Origin: Promethearchaeota archaeon Loki_b32
GTDB taxonomy: Archaea > Asgardarchaeota > Lokiarchaeia > Sigyniarchaeales > SOKP01
Reading direction: 5' to 3'
Assembly: GCA_005223125.1 (NCBI GenBank)
Contig: NJBH01000055.1
Coordinates: forward strand, 1 to 16,416
Length of the DNA stretch: 16,416 bases
The position numbers were made by a program, and so were the translations under genes. The notes below the pieces were generated by a model. It was given only the letters and a program-made list of their open reading frames with translations. It was not told the origin of the DNA and ran no database searches. This document shows positions 1-6,849 of this stretch, in pieces. Within the stretch, counting starts at the first letter, position 1. Each line of letters opens with the position of its first letter.

Positions 1-256
1 TTCCACATTCATCTAATAATAAAAATTCCTCTTCTGTTATAATCAGAAATAAGAAAAAATAAAGTTTGAGTATATAAATTATAAAATCAACTGTAACATT
101 ATCAATAGGATTCCAAATTCCCTCATATAAATATATTTGGAAAATTATTCATTCTTGAGTCAGCCTAAATAATGAGATTATAATATTTTAGTATAAACTT
201 TTTTTAATTATCTTATCCATTTTACATTATTAAAAAGGAAAATAATGATGAATTAA

Positions 257-1636
257 ATGAGTTTTAGAACAGAAAAAGATGTTTTAGGAGAGATAGAAGT
301 TCCTAGTAATGTTTATTGGGGTATAAATACTCAAAGGGCAATAAAGAATTTTCAAATAAGTGGAAAGACATTCCCTCAAGTATTTATCACCGCATTAGCC
401 CAGCTTAAAAAGGCGTGTTTATTAGCTAATATGGGGTTGGACTTAATTAATAAAGATAACGGGAATGCTGTACTTCAAGCGATAAATGAAATTTTAAAGG
501 AAAACAAACATCTTGATCAATTCCCAATAGATATCTTTCAAACTGGATCAGGAACTCAAACAAATATGAATATGAATGAAGTGTTAGCGAATCGAGCAAA
601 TGAAATCTTAGGACATCCAAGAGGTAAAAAGTATCCTGTACACCCTAATGATCATGTAAATAAAAGCCAATCATCTAATGATGTGATTCCTAGCACAATG
701 CATATCTCTGCTTTACATATGATTCAAAAATTATTTCCGACATTAGAAAAGTTAATAGAACATCTGGATAATAAAATTAAAGATTTTAAAGACATTGTTA
801 AAGTAGGGAGGACACATCTGCAAGACGCCGTTCCTATACCATTATCTCTAGAATTTGAAGTATATAAGAAACAAATTAAAACAAACTTAGAAAGATTAAA
901 AAATGCTTATGATGAATTATATTATATTCCAATTGGGGGAACTGCATTAGGAACAGGTTTAAATGCGCATAAAGATTTTGCTAAACTTACAGTTTCTCAC
1001 CTCTCGAAAATTACTGACTTACCTTTTAAAGTTAATCCTGTGAAAGCAGAAGGCATTGCTTCCCATAATACAATAGTTAATCTTAGTGGAAATCTCAGGT
1101 TATTAGCCCTTTCATTATTGAAGATGGCTAATGATATACGTTTGATGGGGAGTGGACCACGAGCGGGATTATCTGAATTAATATTACCCCAAAATGAGCC
1201 TGGATCTTCAATAATGCCAGGTAAAATAAATCCCACCCAATCTGAAGCATTAATTCAAGTATGTCTTCAGGTTATTGGAAATGATTCTGTAGTTTCATTT
1301 GGAGAGGCATATGGTAGTATATTAGATTTGAATGTATGTAAACCTATTATGATAATTAATTTACTTGAATCAATTGAAATACTAATTGGAGGTATCAATT
1401 CATTTATAGACAATTGCTTGTCTGGATTAAAAGCTAACATTGAACAAATTAATAAAAATTTAGAGCGAATGCTAATGATTGTTACAAATTTAACTCCTAT
1501 CATAGGTTATGATAAATGTTCTGAAATAGCTCAACGCGCATATAAAGAAGGAAAGAGTTGTAGGGCAGTTATTAAAGATATGGGATTAAAAATAGATAAT
1601 TTGGATGAGTTATTAGACCCAAAAAAAATGGTTTGA
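257..1636 (+). CDS. fumC: Fumarate hydratase class II (fumarase/aspartase superfamily)
   Basis: 459 aa ORF with FQTGSGTQTNMNMNEV, HPNDHVNKSQSSND, KVGRTHLQDAVP and the GSSIMPGKINP signature. Confidence 0.95.
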   Translation: MSFRTEKDVLGEIEVPSNVYWGINTQRAIKNFQISGKTFPQVFITALAQLKKACLLANMGLDLINKDNGNAVLQAINEILKENKHLDQFPIDIFQTGSGTQTNMNMNEVLANRANEILGHPRGKKYPVHPNDHVNKSQSSNDVIPSTMHISALHMIQKLFPTLEKLIEHLDNKIKDFKDIVKVGRTHLQDAVPIPLSLEFEVYKKQIKTNLERLKNAYDELYYIPIGGTALGTGLNAHKDFAKLTVSHLSKITDLPFKVNPVKAEGIASHNTIVNLSGNLRLLALSLLKMANDIRLMGSGPRAGLSELILPQNEPGSSIMPGKINPTQSEALIQVCLQVIGNDSVVSFGEAYGSILDLNVCKPIMIINLLESIEILIGGINSFIDNCLSGLKANIEQINKNLERMLMIVTNLTPIIGYDKCSEIAQRAYKEGKSCRAVIKDMGLKIDNLDELLDPKKMV

Positions 1637-1652
1637 ATATTGAGGTAAAAAT

Positions 1653-2708
1653 ATGACAACAGAGGTAAAAACTTTAGAAGATGTACGCAATATTGCTAGA
1701 GAAAAACTAAAAGGAATATGTGGAGTCTACAAAGATTGTGATGGAGATCCACGTAGACTTTGCCAAGGACAAGGCTATGGAAGATCTCTTGGTATTGGAG
1801 GAATTGGAAGTGGTGCCAGTTTTAATAATAATTTCTTAGCCCTAAGAAAATATAATTTGAAAATGAAATTAATTAATAAAGATTTTACATCTGATACTAA
1901 ATATAATTTCTTTGGGAAAGAATTATCCATGCCAATAATGGCTGCGAGTGTGGCAGGTGTTAATAGCTTTGGTGGAGATAAGGTTATAACAGAAGAAGAA
2001 TTTTGTCGTTCTGTAGTTCTTGGCTGTAGAGATGCAGAAACAATTGGGTGGAGAGGGGATACTTATACTTATTCATTTGAAAATTCTTATGGACTTAATG
2101 CTATTGCTGAAGCGGGAGGTTGGGGAGTCAAAATTGTGAAACCAAGAGACCAAGGAACAATAATGAAATTTTTTAATAAAGCTGAAGAAGTTAGATGTGT
2201 TTCTGTTGGTATAGATGTAGATGGTTGTGGTTCATATGCAATGGCTATGCATAATAAACCAGTTTTCAAAAAATCAATTGAAGAAATTAAGGAATTAATT
2301 TCTTCTACAAATCTTCCAGTAATTATTAAAGGGATAATGTGCGTTGAAGATGCTTTAATAGCAAAAGAAGCAGGAGCAGCAGCTATCGTTGTATCAAATC
2401 ATGGGGGAAGAGTTTTAGATCATACTCCTGGAACAGCTGAAGTTTTATCTAGAATTGTAGAAGAAACTAAAGGAAAGATTAAAATTATCGTTGATGGAGG
2501 TATCCGGACGGGATATGATGTGTTAAAAATGCTTGCACTTGGGGCTGAATCAGTTCTGATTGGTCGAGACATTATTCGGGCTTCAGTCGGAGCAGGAATT
2601 AAAGGCGTCCAGATACATATGGAATATATGCAAAAGACTTTGGCAAAGGCAATGAAAATGACGAATTGTAAGTCTTTAGAAGAAGTAACTTCAGATATTT
2701 TAGTTTAA
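1653..2708 (+). CDS. FMN-dependent alpha-hydroxy-acid oxidase/dehydrogenase (lactate/glycolate oxidase family) with N-terminal Cys motif
   Basis: Catalytic SNHGGR motif, PVIIKGI and DGGIRTGYDVLKMLALGA FMN motifs. Starts 16 nt after the fumC stop, with SD-like GAGGT at 1642-1646, so probably co-transcribed. Confidence 0.9.
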   Translation: MTTEVKTLEDVRNIAREKLKGICGVYKDCDGDPRRLCQGQGYGRSLGIGGIGSGASFNNNFLALRKYNLKMKLINKDFTSDTKYNFFGKELSMPIMAASVAGVNSFGGDKVITEEEFCRSVVLGCRDAETIGWRGDTYTYSFENSYGLNAIAEAGGWGVKIVKPRDQGTIMKFFNKAEEVRCVSVGIDVDGCGSYAMAMHNKPVFKKSIEEIKELISSTNLPVIIKGIMCVEDALIAKEAGAAAIVVSNHGGRVLDHTPGTAEVLSRIVEETKGKIKIIVDGGIRTGYDVLKMLALGAESVLIGRDIIRASVGAGIKGVQIHMEYMQKTLAKAMKMTNCKSLEEVTSDILV

Positions 2709-2742
2709 ACAATAATTGTTTTATATGAAAAATATAATGTTT

Positions 2743-2811
2743 TCCCAGCACCCTTGCAAGGCAGTCATTATGTACCTATCCTTTATGCACATAAATCATT
2801 CTTTTCTGGGA
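2743..2811 (-). promoter_or_regulatory. Eukaryote-type SECIS element in the 3' UTR of the selenoprotein gene
   Basis: Minus-strand RNA reads UCCCAG-AAAAGA-AUGAU-UUAUGUGC-AUAAAGGAUAG-GUACAUAA-UGAC-UGCCUUGCAAGGGUG-CUGGGA. This gives helix I (UCCCAG/CUGGGA), an AUGAU/UGAC core with tandem G.A pairs, an 8-bp helix II and an apical loop containing AAA. It begins 6 nt after the TAG. Folded by eye. Confidence 0.85.
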
Positions 2812-2817
2812 TAAAGA

Positions 2818-3333
2818 CTATAAATATTTGTTTATTGCTTCAATTATCAATTCTATTGATGGTCTATCTTCTTTTGTACCAATATATTGCCAAACTACAT
2901 GTCCTCCTTTATTGATGAGAAACTTAGAAGGTATTGCATGGCTTATTTGCAATTCATCATGCCCAGCACTTTTTCTGTCCAAGAAGACATGATAAGCTTT
3001 ACTTAATCTTCCAGCACGATCAGTGATAAATTGTATTTTAAAATTATTCTTATATTTCATCTTTATTAACTTATCAGGGAGATCTATAGCAATTGCAATT
3101 AGTTTAATATTTAATTCTTTTAATTTTGATAAATTTTCAGTCAAGTATGCAAGATGTCTTTTACAGTGGATTCACCAACTTCCTCTGAAAAAATCAAGTA
3201 AAACTCCATTATATTTTTCTAATAATCTAATTAAATTAACCTTATCGCCATCAATATCTTCTGTGTCAATCATTGGAGCTTTAGTACCTAATTGTAAACC
3301 TTTATTCGGAGTTGAAATATGTAAGTCGGTCAT
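2818..3333 (-). CDS. Peroxiredoxin-like (AhpC/TSA, thioredoxin-fold) selenoprotein, 171 aa, Sec at codon 54 (TGA at 3172-3174) in a UxxC motif
   Basis: Manual translation from ATG 3333: MTDLHISTPNKGLQLGTKAPMIDTEDIDGDKVNLIRLLEKYNGVLLDFFRGSW-U-IHCKRHLAYLTENLSKLKELNIKLIAIAID...AIPSKFLINKGGHVVWQYIG. It runs in frame into the supplied 2818..3144 ORF, and the TGA sits at the first Cys position of the FxRGxWCxxC motif. Confidence 0.9.
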
Positions 3334-3481
3334 AAATGAATTATTAATTTTTAATAATTTAAAGAATTAGTTTTTAGATCATAATTTTTAATTCATTCTT
3401 AGGAATCATAAGTTTTATATTTTAATGGGATGTAATATCAAATTAATTAGTAATAAAGTCCTTTTATAAAGATGCTTAAAT

Positions 3482-5464
3482 ATGAAGGATATCTCTAAAT
3501 TTATTGATGATGTACTAAATGAAGTTAGTGGAAAATATGCCTTTGATTGGGTATCGAAGATATCGCAATATAATCGAGTTGTAGGGTCCCAAGATTATCA
3601 TGAAATTATAGAAAGAGTAATGAAAGAATTGGTATCTTATGGTTTAGATGAGATTAAACTCCATAAATACCCTGCAGATGGAAAGACTAAAACATGGGAA
3701 TGGATAGTAACTCAAAGTTGGGAGATTACATCAGGGGAATTAAGCTTAATAGAGCCAAAAAAAGAAATCTTATGTCGATTTCAGGATATTCCTATGTGTG
3801 TTTTAGGAAGATCAAAGGGTTGTGATTTGACCGCAGAGTTAATAGACGTTGGGAAAGGTGTTAAAGAAGAAGAATTTGAAGGATTAGATGTTGAAGGTAA
3901 AATTATTTTAATAGAAGCTCCAAGAATCATAGTTCCTACATTATATGCAGAAAAAGGAGCATTAGGAGTTATAGTATATCCCAGTTCAGTTCGAGCGGGA
4001 GGTAACAAAGGCATGACTATTTATAATAGGTTTCCTGCTATAGCTGAAGATTTAGAAAAAACAACTTTTGGTTTTAGTATTACTTTTGAGCAAGGATTGT
4101 ACTTAAAAGAATTGTTAAAAAAGGGACCTGTTAAGCTATATGCTAAGATTGACGCTAAAATTTATGATGGAGAATTAGAAGTAATTTCTGCCGCTATTCG
4201 AGGGACAGAAAAACCTCATGAAGAGATTATTCTAACAGCGCATATTTGTCACCCTGCTGCGGGAGTAAACGATAATGCTAGTGGATCCGCAGGATTGTTA
4301 GAATTAGCACGTTCACTTACAGCACTCATAAAGCAAAACATATTGCAACCCCCTAAACGGACAATAAGATTTCTTTGGGTTCCTGAGTTTCATGGAACAT
4401 TTCCTTGGGTTAAGGAACACGAACATATTGTTAAGAATGCACTTTTTAACATTAATTTAGATATGATAGGGGAACACCCCTTAAAAATTGGGAATCCCTG
4501 TTATATTTGTCTTGGACCTTATTCAAGACCTTCAATTTTAAATGATATAATTCAATATTTCACGAGGATAATAGCAGATCACCCTAAGGGTGTAGCAATA
4601 AATGGCACACAAATGCAGATGCGATATCGGATAGTTCCCTATTCAGGTGGGAGCGATCATGGTGTATTTGTAGCGCGACCTATAGGCATTCCTGGTATTA
4701 TGATTGGACATGAAGATCCCTTTTGGCATAGTTCCCTTGACACAATAGAAAAGTGTGATTCTACAGAATTAAAGCGTGTAATTGCTATTGCTCTTTGCAC
4801 TAGTTATATCTTTTCAATACAAAATAAGGATACTTTAATATCTATATGGCCAATTATAGAAGGAATTTTTTACCAGCGACTTGGTAAAGCAAAAGAAATG
4901 ATACTCTCTCTTTATAACAAACTCAATCAAGAAACTACAACATCTTTAATTTCAAAAGATGAAATTACTTTAATGGGAAAAACTCTAATAAATACATTTG
5001 TCAATTATGAAAAATCCATATTGGATTCAGTAAAACAACTTGATTCATTATCACCAATAATTGAAGAGTTATTTTTTGAAAAAGTTAAAGAATTAGAAGA
5101 ATTAAAGAAAAATCTTTTCTCTTACTGGAATAAATTATGTAAACATGCGTCTATTGACATTAATCTTATTGAAGAACCAGATCATTTTAAACAAAAATGG
5201 GTTTTAAATTTTGTAGGGAGAAGGAATTTGAAATATTTTATACCAATTCTACTCTCAAGTGTGTATGAGAAGTTCAAAGTTCCAGAACCACCAGATGTTT
5301 GGGGAGGTGATGCCCAAGAAATGATAAATTTTATAGGATTATCTTTAAGTCTTAAGGAGATCTGTGCTATATTAACTTTAGAGTTTCAACATTTATTTTA
5401 TCCAAGTATAGTTCTTAATTTTGCGAAATTATTAGAAGAAAATGGCTTTATGAAAAAAGCTTAA
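3482..5464 (+). CDS. M28-family metallopeptidase with PA domain (DUF4910-like) and helical C-terminal extension
   Basis: TAHICH, GVNDNASG, WVPE, INLDMIG, GGSDH and WHSSLDT motifs, plus a PA-like insert (DVGKG...DVEGKIILI...GALGVIVY). Confidence 0.8.
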   Translation: MKDISKFIDDVLNEVSGKYAFDWVSKISQYNRVVGSQDYHEIIERVMKELVSYGLDEIKLHKYPADGKTKTWEWIVTQSWEITSGELSLIEPKKEILCRFQDIPMCVLGRSKGCDLTAELIDVGKGVKEEEFEGLDVEGKIILIEAPRIIVPTLYAEKGALGVIVYPSSVRAGGNKGMTIYNRFPAIAEDLEKTTFGFSITFEQGLYLKELLKKGPVKLYAKIDAKIYDGELEVISAAIRGTEKPHEEIILTAHICHPAAGVNDNASGSAGLLELARSLTALIKQNILQPPKRTIRFLWVPEFHGTFPWVKEHEHIVKNALFNINLDMIGEHPLKIGNPCYICLGPYSRPSILNDIIQYFTRIIADHPKGVAINGTQMQMRYRIVPYSGGSDHGVFVARPIGIPGIMIGHEDPFWHSSLDTIEKCDSTELKRVIAIALCTSYIFSIQNKDTLISIWPIIEGIFYQRLGKAKEMILSLYNKLNQETTTSLISKDEITLMGKTLINTFVNYEKSILDSVKQLDSLSPIIEELFFEKVKELEELKKNLFSYWNKLCKHASIDINLIEEPDHFKQKWVLNFVGRRNLKYFIPILLSSVYEKFKVPEPPDVWGGDAQEMINFIGLSLSLKEICAILTLEFQHLFYPSIVLNFAKLLEENGFMKKA

Positions 5465-5583
5465 TAAAGCCATGTAATTAAGTCTTTATCTATCTTTTAT
5501 TAATGATTTAAAAGCCTAAGAGTTAAATATCAACTTCATTTACTTTTAGGTAAATTTAAGATTTCACAAATTTGGAATTGAAA

Positions 5584-6846
5584 ATGAATAGAGAAATTAA
5601 AAATTGTGAGACGCCAGATATTTTTGTATGTGAGGATTATATAGAAGAAGAACCTAAACTCTGCGAGCTTGATAATTCTAAAACTTATAAAGGATTAGTT
5701 GGAATATACGTTGATAAAAGCCTGATTACTTATATTGGTGGAATAAAAGGAGAATTATATTATCGGGGTTATCCTTTACACAATTTAGTTGAAAATTCAT
5801 CTTTTGAAGAAGTTGCGTATCTTCTAATTTATGGTAAGTTACCAACTAGATCAGAATTAGATTCTTTTAAAGATGAATTAATTAAGGAACGAAACATACC
5901 AGACAACATTTTATCAATTTTAAAGAGTTTTCCAAGAAATACAACAAGAATTGAATTATTAAGAACCTCAATATCAGCATTATCTCTTTATGATCCTGAC
6001 GATTATGACTTTTCTGAAGAAGCTAATATAAGAAAAGGATTAAGAATAATTGCTAAGATTCCAACGGTTTTAGCTTTTTCTCATAGGATTCAAGGTAATT
6101 TACCTTTAATTGAGCCTTCTGAAGAACTCTCTCATGCATGTAATTATTATTATATGATGACAGGAGAGGTACCTAATAATGAATTTACTCGATTTTTTGA
6201 TAAAATATTGATATGTCATATGGATCACTCAATAAATAGTAGTACTTTTTCTTGTCGGGTTACTGTATCTACATTGTCAGATATTTATAGTGGAATAACT
6301 AGTGCTATTGGAACACTTCGAGGACCTCTTCATGGAGGAGCTAATGAAAGAGTGATAAACTTAATGTTAGGTGAAATAAAGAAAAAAGAAAATATTATTC
6401 CATGGGCTAAAAATAAGCTTGAAAAAAAAGAGAAAATTATGGGTTTTGGACATCGCGTGTATAAAACATGGGACCCCCGTGCTAAAATATTACGAGAAAT
6501 ATCAAGAACATTATGGAATAATCCTGATATTATAGAAAAGATACCAGATATCGAACATGAAGAGCATAAAGGTGAAATTGATAATATATTCGAAATGACT
6601 GAAATACTTGCTGAATATATGATTAAAACTAAAAATATTTATCCAAACGTAGATCTGTATTCCGCTGGGGCTTTACATGCATTAGGTGTACCCACAGCTT
6701 TATTTACACCCCTGTTTGCTGCTTCGCGTTGTGCAGGCTGGGTTGCTCATGCTATAGAGCAATTTTCGGATAATAAACTTATAAGGCCACGACTCCGATA
6801 TATTGGTGAATTAGATAAAAACTATATCAAAATTGCTGAGAGATAA
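5584..6846 (+). CDS. Citrate synthase (archaeal/Gram-positive type); 2-methylcitrate synthase not excluded
   Basis: KGL, GELYYRGY, HMDHSINSSTF, GPLHGGANE, MGFGHRVYK, DPRA, YPNVD and IRPR motifs. ATG 5584 is preferred over TTG 5572, but the start is uncertain. Confidence 0.92.
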   Translation: MNREIKNCETPDIFVCEDYIEEEPKLCELDNSKTYKGLVGIYVDKSLITYIGGIKGELYYRGYPLHNLVENSSFEEVAYLLIYGKLPTRSELDSFKDELIKERNIPDNILSILKSFPRNTTRIELLRTSISALSLYDPDDYDFSEEANIRKGLRIIAKIPTVLAFSHRIQGNLPLIEPSEELSHACNYYYMMTGEVPNNEFTRFFDKILICHMDHSINSSTFSCRVTVSTLSDIYSGITSAIGTLRGPLHGGANERVINLMLGEIKKKENIIPWAKNKLEKKEKIMGFGHRVYKTWDPRAKILREISRTLWNNPDIIEKIPDIEHEEHKGEIDNIFEMTEILAEYMIKTKNIYPNVDLYSAGALHALGVPTALFTPLFAASRCAGWVAHAIEQFSDNKLIRPRLRYIGELDKNYIKIAER

Positions 6847-6849
6847 GTA

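Noticed and set aside
1-12. Possible start of a minus-strand gene (ATG at 12) running off the window
   Set aside because: Only four codons are visible, which is not enough to call a gene.
1634-1648. Sec readthrough at the fumC TGA (and likewise the DUF6125-like TGA at 15819-15821)
   Set aside because: Both proteins look complete, an in-frame TAA follows within a few codons, and no SECIS-like structure is visible.
2818-3144. 108-aa TTG-started ORF as a complete gene, or the locus as a pseudogene
   Set aside because: It lacks the active site. The upstream frame is intact, the TGA sits at the catalytic Cys position and a SECIS follows.
3148-3165. Weak hairpin (UGUAAAAGACAUCUUGCA) 6 nt after the Sec UGA as a bacterial SECIS or SRE
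   Set aside because: Only about 5-6 weak pairs with a bulge. It cannot be supported without covariation data.
3023-3370. 115-aa plus-strand ORF
   Set aside because: Antisense shadow of the selenoprotein's N-terminal half, with no recognisable motifs.
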